NCBI GenBank assembly: GCA_024398875.1
Contig: JAKSIJ010000006.1
Location: 59,802-123,801 of the forward strand
DNA length: 64,000 bases
Reading direction: 5' to 3'
DNA from: Fibrobacter sp.
GTDB lineage: Bacteria > Fibrobacterota > Fibrobacteria > Fibrobacterales > Fibrobacteraceae
Of this stretch, positions 7,188 through 16,723 are shown piece after piece (the stretch's first letter is position 1; each line of letters starts with the position of its first letter). A program made the position numbers and the translations under genes. Below the pieces are notes generated by a model, which was not told the origin of the DNA, did no database searches, and saw only the letters and a program-made list of their open reading frames with translations.

Positions 7188-9311
7188 CTACCGCGGCAAC
7201 AGCTGTATATAGAATCTGGAATAGCCTACGTTATTCTTGGGCAACATCAATTCGCCCGTACGGGTCGCCAGATACACATCTGAAACAAAGGTCTTCGCGC
7301 CAGATGCCGTATAGATAATCAAGCGGTATTCGCCAGGCTTCTGAACGTTGTAGCGCAGTTTCCATAAATTGCCAGCGCGGACCACTTCCAAACCATTCAA
7401 AGAATAGTTCCCTTTTTTGAAAGGCACAATTCCATCCTTGCGCGTATCCGGCCCATCCTGCACCCACTTGCTGGAATCCAAAGCAAACGTGCTCCGCAAA
7501 GTATCCTTCACAGGCACCTTAAACATCCGCACAGAATCCAGTTCCAGCGTGATGTCGTAACGGCCGTTAGTTCCCGCCTCGGCCTCATGCAAAGTAAATG
7601 GCTTGGAAACCGCCTCGTTGCCCCAAACATCCATAGTGATGAAGACGAATTTGTCGTTATCAAAAAATACTTTATCTGTAGCATACCTCATCTTTTCATT
7701 AAAATTTCCGTCCGCATGGAACCGCGGAAGGAAGCAGTATTCTTCCACTCCCGCCTCACCAGAGCATTCGCGACCCGTACTATGGGGGAAATAGATGGAA
7801 TCCGGCTCGTGAGCCATAACGCCCGATTCTGAACGAGTAGCAGTCGCATAGGCCACCGTGGAATCCGTAACCTGGTCTTCATGACCCCAGGTTCTCACAG
7901 GCTGGTTGATTTTCACACGATGAATGCCGTGATCGTCCAAAGCCCCATTCCACTTATTGTCCAGAGCACCCTCCCAATAGAATTTGAACACCCTATCAGA
8001 AACTGGATAGCCCTTTTTCACCGACTGGGATTCATTGTAGGCCAAGGTGTCAATCACATGCAAAGTTTTTGGAAGCGTGGGCGCCACCAAATCACCCTGC
8101 TGCGTCTGCAAATAGTTCAACAACACCTCATAGTAACCAGGGATTGCGTTCAATGGAGAATGATAGTGGGAGAACGCAAAATTGAAGATACCCTTGGTAT
8201 GGCGCTGAGCGATAGCAATCTGCCGAGCAAAGCGACCGATGTGACCCGCACTGATGTAACTGCGGCCATAGAGCGGCGTATAGGCCTGCTCCTGATGCCA
8301 TGCCAAATCCGGCTGAGCAAAGTCTTCAATGTTGGCGTAGTAGCCGATTTTACTTCCACTATTCTTCACCGCGTTTTCGTATGCCGCCGTCCAAGCCTCC
8401 ACGCGGTCAATCTTCTGACCGCCACCACCTACAGCATCCATAGGGAGGCACTTGTCTTGTTCGCGGAAGTGGGCGGTTTCAAAGAACTTCTGCCAGAAAA
8501 GTTCTGTATTTTTAAGCGTTCCATAGCCACGGGGGCCAGCCCTTTTCACTGAGCCATTATCATTATAAATCGTATCCCGGATATCCAACGCATCCAAATC
8601 CTCCGTAGCGAACTGGCTGAAAAGCAGAGGGCGTTTGGGGTCCACCTTGTTCAGGGAATCAATGAGAATGTTAAAACCTGCCGCCAGACGTTTTGCATAC
8701 TCATCGCGAATGGAGTCCCCTTCATTCAAATGATTGTGATTCCAAATCTCATACACGCTATAGAATCCGCCAAAAGTTTCGCCATAGCCCATGGAATCCA
8801 CATAAACTTCGTACAAGTCGCAAGCGAAAGCCCCGGCCTTCATCATGGCATTCTTGAAGCCCTGGAAATCCTCGTCCCTCAAAAGATCCCAGCCCCACCA
8901 GGCATTATCCACGCCCAAGCCGAGATACACCTTGAATCCATATTTCTTCGCCTTGGCCATAATGATGTTCTTGTCCACATTACCGCCATATTCCACGCTA
9001 TCTTTCAAGTGGCCAGGATAACTGGCATGCCACCAAGGGTCGCCCACATTCTTGTAGGCAATGTCACCATCTATGACCTGCGTGACGCCCATACTCTTCC
9101 AGTAAGCGGCTTCCAAATCCCAAGCGTTCTCCGCTGTGATTTTTGGATTGGGATTATCCCCGTTCAATTGCTTCCAGTGGTCTGGATTTTCCCAGCTAGC
9201 ATAGAGCCACGCCTGAATAAAGACGCCCTCTATAGGAATGAAACCTGCAGTTGCAAAACTAGCGGCCGCTAAAATTGCAAGACCCAAAACTTTAAAAGAT
9301 TGTACACCCAT
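7188..9311 (-). CDS. Secreted DUF4434-like putative glycoside hydrolase
   Basis: Signal peptide, GVFIQ start of a TIM-barrel-like region, FYSVYEIWN and YANIEDF Glu motifs, then about 300 aa of unassigned C-terminus. Confidence 0.6.
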   Translation of the reverse strand: MGVQSFKVLGLAILAAASFATAGFIPIEGVFIQAWLYASWENPDHWKQLNGDNPNPKITAENAWDLEAAYWKSMGVTQVIDGDIAYKNVGDPWWHASYPGHLKDSVEYGGNVDKNIIMAKAKKYGFKVYLGLGVDNAWWGWDLLRDEDFQGFKNAMMKAGAFACDLYEVYVDSMGYGETFGGFYSVYEIWNHNHLNEGDSIRDEYAKRLAAGFNILIDSLNKVDPKRPLLFSQFATEDLDALDIRDTIYNDNGSVKRAGPRGYGTLKNTELFWQKFFETAHFREQDKCLPMDAVGGGGQKIDRVEAWTAAYENAVKNSGSKIGYYANIEDFAQPDLAWHQEQAYTPLYGRSYISAGHIGRFARQIAIAQRHTKGIFNFAFSHYHSPLNAIPGYYEVLLNYLQTQQGDLVAPTLPKTLHVIDTLAYNESQSVKKGYPVSDRVFKFYWEGALDNKWNGALDDHGIHRVKINQPVRTWGHEDQVTDSTVAYATATRSESGVMAHEPDSIYFPHSTGRECSGEAGVEEYCFLPRFHADGNFNEKMRYATDKVFFDNDKFVFITMDVWGNEAVSKPFTLHEAEAGTNGRYDITLELDSVRMFKVPVKDTLRSTFALDSSKWVQDGPDTRKDGIVPFKKGNYSLNGLEVVRAGNLWKLRYNVQKPGEYRLIIYTASGAKTFVSDVYLATRTGELMLPKNNVGYSRFYIQLLPR

Positions 9312-9382
9312 GCGGTTAAATATACTCTAAAATCCGGCTCCCGACCATTGCCACTCCCAACTTGTTTTTATATTGATTATCG

Positions 9383-10390
9383 ATGCTGTATATCCACCAA
9401 TTCCCAGACTGGACCAATTTCCGCTACAACCACAAAAGCGTGGTCAAAGCGCTCGGTAAAGCTCGCATGGAGCAGGGGCACCTGCTGGGGCTTGCCAAAC
9501 TGGTGGATTTCAATAGCCGTGCAACAGAGATTCTCGCTAAAGACATTGCCGCAAATTTCGCCATCGATGAAAAACTTGTGGACCCCGAAACCATTCGGCA
9601 GGAACTTTTGTTGCGGAACGATTCCACAAGGGCCGAAGTCAAGAATCACCTGGGCATGTTGCAAAAGGCAGAACAGCCTCTGACAGAAGAGCGCATTTTC
9701 AACTGGCACGCCTCCCTGGGGCAGAACCAAGCCCACCATTTTAGGGAAGAGGATTCCGAAGTCATTTTTGGCGAAAAGAAATTCCAGGGTGTCAGTGCCT
9801 ACAGACTCCAGGCAGAAATGGAACGTTTTATCAACTGGTTCGAAACCGACGACGAAGACGGAGTCATCAAAGCTGCCATTGCCCAATTCTGGTTTCTAAC
9901 CATACGGCCTTTCGACGATGCCAACGGACGCATCGCCAGAATGCTTTCCGCCATGCTTCTCGCCCGCTGCGAGGGCACGAAATGCTGCAGCTACACATTA
10001 AATGCGGAGATTCTCCAGCAGAAAGAGGAATACTTCCAGATTCTAGCCAAATGCCAGGCCGGCAATGGAGACTTGACGGAATGGATTTTGTGGTTCCTCG
10101 CCCAAATGGGCAACGCCATCCAGAAAACCATTGAGCAGATTTCCTCGGAAGTTTTCGCCAAGCAGCACCAAGCCCAAGGCGCTGTTGGCAAAAATAGCGC
10201 TCGTGAGCAGAAGCTTTTCGAAGCCGTTTTCAACGGAACATTGCCACAGCCCTTCACCGTAAAAGAATACGCTGCACTTGTCGGCACGAGCCACGACACT
10301 GCACTCCGAGATTTGCAAAGCCTCATAGAGCAGGGCACTGTCAAGCAAAACAAGGGAGGCCGCAGCACCTGCTACAGCCTCACCAAATAA
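9383..10390 (+). CDS. Fic family protein (DUF4172 N-terminus, C-terminal HTH) with non-canonical motif
   Basis: YIHQFPDW N-terminus, motif IRPFDDANGRIAR, C-terminal DTALRDLQSL HTH. Confidence 0.88.
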   Translation: MLYIHQFPDWTNFRYNHKSVVKALGKARMEQGHLLGLAKLVDFNSRATEILAKDIAANFAIDEKLVDPETIRQELLLRNDSTRAEVKNHLGMLQKAEQPLTEERIFNWHASLGQNQAHHFREEDSEVIFGEKKFQGVSAYRLQAEMERFINWFETDDEDGVIKAAIAQFWFLTIRPFDDANGRIARMLSAMLLARCEGTKCCSYTLNAEILQQKEEYFQILAKCQAGNGDLTEWILWFLAQMGNAIQKTIEQISSEVFAKQHQAQGAVGKNSAREQKLFEAVFNGTLPQPFTVKEYAALVGTSHDTALRDLQSLIEQGTVKQNKGGRSTCYSLTK

Positions 10391-10412
10391 AAACAGCCTG
10401 CAATAAATTGAT

Positions 10413-11591
10413 TTACTTTCCACTAACGGTGATGCCGTATGGTGGAAGTGGCGCCACATCGCCTTTTTCTACGACGAGCACATCTTTGCCATCATAAAAA
10501 AGCACATCGCTAAAAGTTCTGTCACCGGTATAAAGCAGCCCAGACTTTGCATCAAAATAAAATCCGCCATCAGCTCCGGAAATGTCCTTCAGCTCTTTGA
10601 CGGAGCCATCCTTCAAATTCACGCTTACAACTGCTTTTGAAAATCCTGCGGAAACCGCCACATAAGCGACGGCATTTTTCTCATCAACAGCAATATCTGT
10701 AGCGCCACCGCCGAGTTTTGCACCCGTTACAAACAAACTAGATGTTTTCTTAGCCAAATTCACTTTCTCAATGCCGCGATTTTCATCTGCAGGCAACGAC
10801 CACATTTCATCATATTCGCCCTGAGTCGCCACGTAGAGATTCTCAGATGTCGTGGCCATCATCGCCGGATTTTTCGTTGCAAGGGTCAAGGTATCCAGCA
10901 ATTTGCCTGTCTTCAAATCATACCAGGCCAAAAGTCCCTTCGGATATGTGGAAGTGTAGGTTGCGGCATCATAGACGTACCGCTGGAAAATTGCAAACAG
11001 CGTATCTCCCCGCACGGCAAAATCCGCCAGATTTGGAGATGTCCCGCCCTTGCTTGTAAAAACATCCGTCTTCACCGTTTTCAGGATTTTTCCATCGGCT
11101 ACGGAAACCTTGACGAAGTTCTGCGCGCCTTCCAAAGCCATCCAAGCAGAAGATTCATCCGCCATAACGACGTCCGTGGGATTAGAATAATCCTCCAAAG
11201 CAGTCTGCCACAGCACTTCTTTTTTGCAAGGGTTCAGCAATGTTAAGTTGTCTGCACCTGCGCGTTCCAACACAAAAAAGTTTCCGCCCGCATTGATGAT
11301 TTTTGAATCCTGATAAAAATCCAGTTTGTCTTCTGAAATCATCGCAGCATGCTCGGCCTTTTCTTCAATCCAGCGCAGTTCTCCAGCCTTGTAATCTGTG
11401 CCAAAAATGAAAACTGTCCGGTCAGTGCAAGCGCTAGTGACGCAGCCAGCACCATCGCAATCCATTTCGCTGGATGAAGATGTTTCCGGAGATTCCGCCG
11501 ACGAAGAATTGTCGCCACAAGCCCAAGTAATGAGCGCCACGAGCAACAATAAATTCTGCACCATATTAATTTTAAATTTTTGCTTTTTCAT
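10413..11591 (-). CDS. Lipoprotein, predicted beta-propeller, BtuG-like cobalamin-binding candidate
   Basis: Lipobox ITWAC, Ser-rich linker, repeated NPxxV blade-like motifs, directly downstream of the riboswitch-controlled TonB receptor. Confidence 0.6.
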   Translation of the reverse strand: MKKQKFKINMVQNLLLLVALITWACGDNSSSAESPETSSSSEMDCDGAGCVTSACTDRTVFIFGTDYKAGELRWIEEKAEHAAMISEDKLDFYQDSKIINAGGNFFVLERAGADNLTLLNPCKKEVLWQTALEDYSNPTDVVMADESSAWMALEGAQNFVKVSVADGKILKTVKTDVFTSKGGTSPNLADFAVRGDTLFAIFQRYVYDAATYTSTYPKGLLAWYDLKTGKLLDTLTLATKNPAMMATTSENLYVATQGEYDEMWSLPADENRGIEKVNLAKKTSSLFVTGAKLGGGATDIAVDEKNAVAYVAVSAGFSKAVVSVNLKDGSVKELKDISGADGGFYFDAKSGLLYTGDRTFSDVLFYDGKDVLVVEKGDVAPLPPYGITVSGK

Positions 11592-11638
11592 GTTTTTCCT
11601 TGTTATATTTTATGTAATACATTTTGTATTACACGGGG

Positions 11639-13675
11639 TTAAAACCCCTGGGTGAATGTGAGCCGGTATTCTCGCCCCGGCATGGGGAAAGGCGAATAGG
11701 CGTTTCGATACGTTTCGTCCGTAATGTTTTCGACTGCAAAAACAAAGCGTGTTTGCGTATAAGGTGTAAAACCTAAAGCGGCACGATGGTTGGGCACCGC
11801 AGGCTGCTCCAGGCGATTTCCGCGGTCTTCATAAATTTTGGTGCGGTAGGAACTGGCCCAGGTAAAATCAAAATGGAAGGGCAACTGCAACTTGGCTTCC
11901 GTATAATAACTCTGCACAGGTTCACCAGGAAGATTCTTATCACGGTAAGCAACATCATCCGTGTGGTCCAAGGCCTTCTGAATCGTAGCCCCCATCAGCA
12001 CCTGCAAGAATTTCGCCGGATGACTTTCCAAGTTCAGTTCCAACCCGCGAATGCGAACCTCCCCCACATTCAAAGCCTTCATGAAAGCGCCGCTTGTAAC
12101 CCAGTAAATCCCGTTATCCACGGCGGTTTCGTAGTATGTTACCCGCAGTGTAGAAATTTTTTTGGGTGTAGAAGCGAAGAGGCCGCCCTCAAAGCGCAGG
12201 GATGTTTCCTCCTTCAAATCTGGATTGGAAACGACCCCCGGGTAGACGCCATACAATTCCATCAGTTGCGGCTGGCGATAGAAGCGCCCGAGGCTTATAT
12301 GCCCGCCAAAATAGCCCGCGGGCTGTGTCAGCAAAATCGCCCCGCGGTAAGAGTAGGAAGCGTCCCGATTGCTGGCGGTTTTCAACTTCTGCGTTGCAGT
12401 AGGGAGCACGAATTTTCCACCATCGATGTCGTCTTGCAATAGCTGGAGGGATGCCTCGCCCGAGGTAGCAAGCCAGCGAGTGATGTGGAAGTTCACCTCG
12501 CCTGCAGCATTTCCAGAATAGCGTTCCAGCGCCCACTCCCGAGAAGTTCCGCGGGCCTCCATGCGGTCGAAGCCGCCTGCAATCCGGAGCGTTGCCACAA
12601 GTCGCTCACCCAAATATTCCGCAGTTATTTCCGGCAGCAGATGATAGCCCGCAGCACCATACTCCAGATATTCTGTGGAGAAGTATCCGATGTGATCCAG
12701 CGGATAGTAAGAGTGGGAAACGTTCTTCTCAAAACGTCCCGAAAGGCCCGCCGTAAGCCACAGCCAGCCCAACAACTCTGGCGATTCCAGACGATAACTG
12801 AGGGTAGCATTTTCCCCCTCGTAGCCTGCAACTTTCGTCTGGAATTCTCCGCGGCCAGGATTTCCACCTTCGGCATACGCGCCGTTGAAAGCGAGCGTAG
12901 AGAAGGCGCCGTTCCCGTGCAAAATCCGAAGTTCCGCACTACCCGAATACTCCGTAAAATCTGCATTCTCCCGATTTGCCGTAAAGTCGTCATCCTTATT
13001 GTAGGGCGTTCCATTTTCACTCTTGAATTCATAGTCATTGTCGGAATGCCTGGCAGAAACTCCCGCCGTAAAGCCCACACTGTCTGTAATTGCGGAGTTA
13101 ATTTGGATTGCCGTCTCCCAGTAGTTGTGGCTTCCGTAAGCGGCGAGGAATTTACCCGACGATTCCTGGTTAGAAACTTTTGCGGACTTGGTAATGAAAT
13201 TTACAGCGCCGCCAACTCCCGAACCGCCAAATTTTACAGGCACACGATCCTTATAAACCTCAATTTTTTCAACCTGGTTCAAGTCAATTCGTCCCAAATC
13301 CACCGCACCACCGCTGCCGTCATTGAGAGGGACGCCGTTCACGCAAATCAAAATATCCTGGCCAGCAATTCCCCGAATGCTGATGGTCTGAAAACTCCCC
13401 ACGCCACCTTGGGAATGAGCCTCCACGCCTGTGAGAGAAGAAAGCAGTTCTGCCGCCGAAATGCCGCGGCCCTCCCATGCTTCCGGCGAAATTTCTTCAT
13501 AAGAAGATTGCTTTTGCGACGTTTCAAAAGTGTCAGCACCCGCAATCTCGCTTGCACCCAAATCACGAATAGGCCCATCTTCAGCAACAGCCAAAGAAAG
13601 CCATCCACACACAGGAAGACACAGACAAAGTAATCTACGGAATCCCGTAGTGGTTAAAGCCAACGTCTCTCGCAT
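11639..13675 (-). CDS. btuB: TonB-dependent receptor, probable cobalamin transporter
   Basis: Plug motifs ISIRG, NGVPLND, VEKIEVYK, GGAVNFIT; SNPDLKEETS; C-terminal Phe; B12 riboswitch upstream. Confidence 0.85.
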   Translation of the reverse strand: MRETLALTTTGFRRLLCLCLPVCGWLSLAVAEDGPIRDLGASEIAGADTFETSQKQSSYEEISPEAWEGRGISAAELLSSLTGVEAHSQGGVGSFQTISIRGIAGQDILICVNGVPLNDGSGGAVDLGRIDLNQVEKIEVYKDRVPVKFGGSGVGGAVNFITKSAKVSNQESSGKFLAAYGSHNYWETAIQINSAITDSVGFTAGVSARHSDNDYEFKSENGTPYNKDDDFTANRENADFTEYSGSAELRILHGNGAFSTLAFNGAYAEGGNPGRGEFQTKVAGYEGENATLSYRLESPELLGWLWLTAGLSGRFEKNVSHSYYPLDHIGYFSTEYLEYGAAGYHLLPEITAEYLGERLVATLRIAGGFDRMEARGTSREWALERYSGNAAGEVNFHITRWLATSGEASLQLLQDDIDGGKFVLPTATQKLKTASNRDASYSYRGAILLTQPAGYFGGHISLGRFYRQPQLMELYGVYPGVVSNPDLKEETSLRFEGGLFASTPKKISTLRVTYYETAVDNGIYWVTSGAFMKALNVGEVRIRGLELNLESHPAKFLQVLMGATIQKALDHTDDVAYRDKNLPGEPVQSYYTEAKLQLPFHFDFTWASSYRTKIYEDRGNRLEQPAVPNHRAALGFTPYTQTRFVFAVENITDETYRNAYSPFPMPGREYRLTFTQGF

Positions 13676-13723
13676 TCAGCCTCAAAGTTGCGGCATAACG
13701 CTTTGCGCCATGCCCGTGGAGCC

Positions 13724-13945
13724 TTACAGTTCTTCTGACTCGGGAATCATCCTACTTCCAGCCCCTTCACATCTGGCTTCGCAGTTGCCTGCCCGCCAAA
13801 CATTGGTTTTTGCTGGTTTCGTCCTCCCTTACAGCGGCGGGACCGTTCCCGAATTTGCCTTGGCGTTTTGCCAGTTGCAGCACGGGATTCTCTTACAAAG
13901 TAGGCCGGCGATTCACAAACCGCGACACCCCACCTTGCAGCCTTT
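13724..13945 (-). ncRNA. Cobalamin (B12) riboswitch
   Basis: Minus strand reads AGAGAATCCCGTG...TTCGGGAACGGTCCCGCCGCTGTAAG...GAGTCAGAAGAACTG, the hallmark B12-element segments, about 50 nt upstream of btuB. Boundaries are approximate. Confidence 0.85.
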
Positions 13946-13974
13946 CACAGCATAAGGTTTTGACGAGTTAAATA

Positions 13975-14008
13975 TAAAAAATCGCGAGCCATTCCGTGCC
14001 CGCGATTA
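13975..14008 (-). terminator. Probable intrinsic terminator downstream of ackA
   Basis: AATCGCG...CGCGATT stem followed by a T run on the minus strand. Confidence 0.5.
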
Positions 14009-14090
14009 ATTGTAAATTGTGAATTTTGAATTGTGAATTGATAACTAAGGCGAGTGAAGCGACCAAGCTTGTTTGGGCATTTCCGAGCCG
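13997..14090. repeat. Modular intergenic repeat, copy A (15-bp module, heptamer array, 43-bp module)
   Basis: The reverse complement of 14048-14090 matches 42127-42169 at 39/43. 13997-14011 is the exact reverse complement of 41894-41908. An AATTGTG/AATTTTG heptamer array lies between them. Confidence 0.85.
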
Positions 14091-14119
14091 GTTATCAACA
14101 ATGACAAAGTCATTAATTG

Positions 14120-15289
14120 TTACGCCATTGCTTCTGTATCGAGAGCGATGAGCAGTTCTTCGTTGGTAGCCACCACCATGGCAGTCGGCGTACCATCCTT
14201 ACTGATGATGTGGCCAGATTCCTTACCGCTCTTCATGTTGCGTTCATCGTCAATCTGGTAACCCAGCAGAGCCAAGTTCTCCATCACCGTCTTACGCACG
14301 AGGAAGCTGTTTTCGCCAATGCCGCCAGTGAAGACGAGAGCATCAATCCGCGGAAGTGCCATAGCGATGCCGCCGATTTCACGTGCCAACTTGTAGCAGA
14401 AAGTTTCAATAGCAATCTGTGCGCCCACATTGCCTTCGCTTGCAGCCTGGCTCAAAGTGCGCATGTCGTTGCTAAGTCCAGAAAGACCCAGCAAACCGGA
14501 TTCCTTGTTCACCATCTTGTCCAGACGATCAATATCGTAACCATACTTCTTGCTGATGAAGAAGAGAATGGCGGGGTCGATGCTACCGGAACGGGTGCCC
14601 ATGATGAGGCCATCCAACGGTGTAAAGCCCATAGTGGTGTCGGCGCACTTGCCGTTCAGGATTGCAGAGCAGCTGGAGCCATTGCCCAAGTGGGCGGTAA
14701 TGAGGCAAGTTTCTTCCGGCTTCTTGCCCAAAATCTTGCAAGCTTCGCCCGTCACAAAGCGGTGGCTGGTACCGTGGAAGCCGTAACGGCGGATGGCGTC
14801 CTGTTCATAGAACTTGTAGGGAATGCCATAGAGAAAGGCCTTACGAGGCATAGTCTGATGGAAAGCCGTATCAAACACTGCAACCTGGGGAAGCTTGGGG
14901 AAGAACTTCATGGCGCATTCCATACCAGTAGCATGGGCGGGCTCATGGAGCGGGGCAAACAGAGTGATGCTACGGATGTAATCAATCACTTCCTGAGTAA
15001 CTTTTTCGCTCTTGATGTACTTACCGCCATGCACCACGCGGTGACCGATGGCCTCGATGGAATCGATGAGTTTCTGTTCTCCCAAGAACTTCTGCACTTC
15101 TGCCACAGCTTCTGCGTGAGTGGGGCAATCGAAGTTGAAATCAATCTTTCCCTCCGGGCCCTTGGCCTTCACATGACCGTCAACGCCGATGTTTTCCACA
15201 AGGCCGCTGGAAATGGATTCCTGAGTTTTGGTATCGATGACAGCGAACTTCACAGAAGAGCTGCCGCAATTGAGAACGAGAACACGCAT
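14120..15289 (-). CDS. ackA: Acetate kinase
   Basis: VLVLNCGSSSVKF, GHRVVHGG, APLH, VFDTAFHQT, RRYGFHGTSH, HLGNGSS, FTGGIGEN, TNEEL. Confidence 0.98.
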   Translation of the reverse strand: MRVLVLNCGSSSVKFAVIDTKTQESISSGLVENIGVDGHVKAKGPEGKIDFNFDCPTHAEAVAEVQKFLGEQKLIDSIEAIGHRVVHGGKYIKSEKVTQEVIDYIRSITLFAPLHEPAHATGMECAMKFFPKLPQVAVFDTAFHQTMPRKAFLYGIPYKFYEQDAIRRYGFHGTSHRFVTGEACKILGKKPEETCLITAHLGNGSSCSAILNGKCADTTMGFTPLDGLIMGTRSGSIDPAILFFISKKYGYDIDRLDKMVNKESGLLGLSGLSNDMRTLSQAASEGNVGAQIAIETFCYKLAREIGGIAMALPRIDALVFTGGIGENSFLVRKTVMENLALLGYQIDDERNMKSGKESGHIISKDGTPTAMVVATNEELLIALDTEAMA

Positions 15290-15405
15290 TATAAAACCTC
15301 TTAAAATTTGGCGACAAAATGCCGCTACAAGAAATGATTTGCTTAAATCAAAAGATATGAAAATTTCACCTTTGGTTCCTCGCGAAAATAATTAAATTAG
15401 AGCAA

Positions 15406-15987
15406 ATGTTTAAGAAAATCGCAGAATTTGACAACCGGATATCTGTCAGTTGGACAAATCGACATTTTTCAAAGAAAGTCGAAAAGCTGATGAAATTCTA
15501 CGTCCGTCTAGGAGACGGATATGGCTGGGCTCTTTTTATCGCATTCGTCATCTGGAAAACAGGCTGGATAACTTTCCTCAAGGCTTTGGACCACGCCCTC
15601 ATAGCCCTTGTCATAAGCCTCATCGTCTATGAGGTTGTTAAACTCAGCACCAAGCGCCCGCGCCCCTTTGCCGCAAACCCCGAAATCAAGGCAGAAGTTC
15701 CACCGCTGGACAAATACAGTTTTCCCTCCGGCCACACCATGAACAACCTAGCCGTTGCCACCTCTGTATTTTTCGTAGTTCCTCAGTACGGCTGGATTAT
15801 GCTGGTTCTTCCCCTCACCTGGGGACTTTTGCGGGTCTACTATGGCGTTCACTGGTTCACTGACGTCATTTGCGGATTCTTCCTCGGAATTTTCAGTTTT
15901 ATCGTCGGCTACGTATTATGGCTTCTAGTGGAAGGGAGCCTCGGTCTTCCCTTTGCAGAAAAAATTGAAGGCTTGTTCGGAGCGTAA
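15406..15987 (+). CDS. PAP2 family membrane phosphatase
   Basis: KLSTKRPRP, SFPSGH, RVYYGVHWFTDV. Confidence 0.92.
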   Translation: MFKKIAEFDNRISVSWTNRHFSKKVEKLMKFYVRLGDGYGWALFIAFVIWKTGWITFLKALDHALIALVISLIVYEVVKLSTKRPRPFAANPEIKAEVPPLDKYSFPSGHTMNNLAVATSVFFVVPQYGWIMLVLPLTWGLLRVYYGVHWFTDVICGFFLGIFSFIVGYVLWLLVEGSLGLPFAEKIEGLFGA

Positions 15988-16013
15988 ACTTCTAGAGCAT
16001 AAAGAAAGCGACC

Positions 16014-16679
16014 ATGGCAAACAACTACATCCAAGCCAAAGATTTCTTCCTCTCCCTTAAACCCGATGACCGCGTTTTCTGGCTCATCCGGCATGGCACG
16101 CGTCGCCACATTACCGAAGGCGATGCCCACAAAGGCGCCCTTGTAGGGCTTACCGATGAAGGCCGTGCAGAAGCTTTCGCCCTCGGAAAGCTCTTCCCCA
16201 CATCTGGTGATGCCATCTATTTTTCAAGCCCCGTAGGCCGCTGCATCGAAACCGCGGAACAGATTGCCGCAGGCCGCGAAACCGCCGGCGGACCCTCCGC
16301 CTCAAAAGTCAACGTGATGGATTCTCTCGGGCATTATTTTGTCCGAGACTACGACGAATACCTCAAGCAACTCAACTCCCATTTCTACCAGAACATCTGC
16401 AACTGGATGTACGGCAAGGACCATCCCGCATTCTTCCCCATCGGGCCAAAAGCGGAAGAACTGGTGCAGATGATGTTCGAAAAAGGAACTGCCCGATTCA
16501 ACATTTTTTCGACCCACGACGCATGGGTCGTGCCTTGCCTCGGTTATTTCTGCAACTTCGAATTCTCCCCCAGTCACTGGATGAACTACCTCACTGGAAT
16601 GGCAATCGTCGTTAGTGGCAGTGGCGAAAAACGAATCGTTCCCGTTACAGGGCTTTCTACAGGAAATCTAGACTTCTAA
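16014..16679 (+). CDS. Histidine phosphatase family protein
   Basis: LIRHG, SSPVGRCIETA, STHDA. Confidence 0.85.
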   Translation: MANNYIQAKDFFLSLKPDDRVFWLIRHGTRRHITEGDAHKGALVGLTDEGRAEAFALGKLFPTSGDAIYFSSPVGRCIETAEQIAAGRETAGGPSASKVNVMDSLGHYFVRDYDEYLKQLNSHFYQNICNWMYGKDHPAFFPIGPKAEELVQMMFEKGTARFNIFSTHDAWVVPCLGYFCNFEFSPSHWMNYLTGMAIVVSGSGEKRIVPVTGLSTGNLDF

Positions 16680-16723
16680 GCATCTCCCTTTTTACTTTCA
16701 CGGTTTTGTATATTGCGGCTATG

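Noticed and set aside
14117-15304. 395-aa plus-strand ORF
   Set aside because: Exactly antisense to ackA; no recognisable domain.
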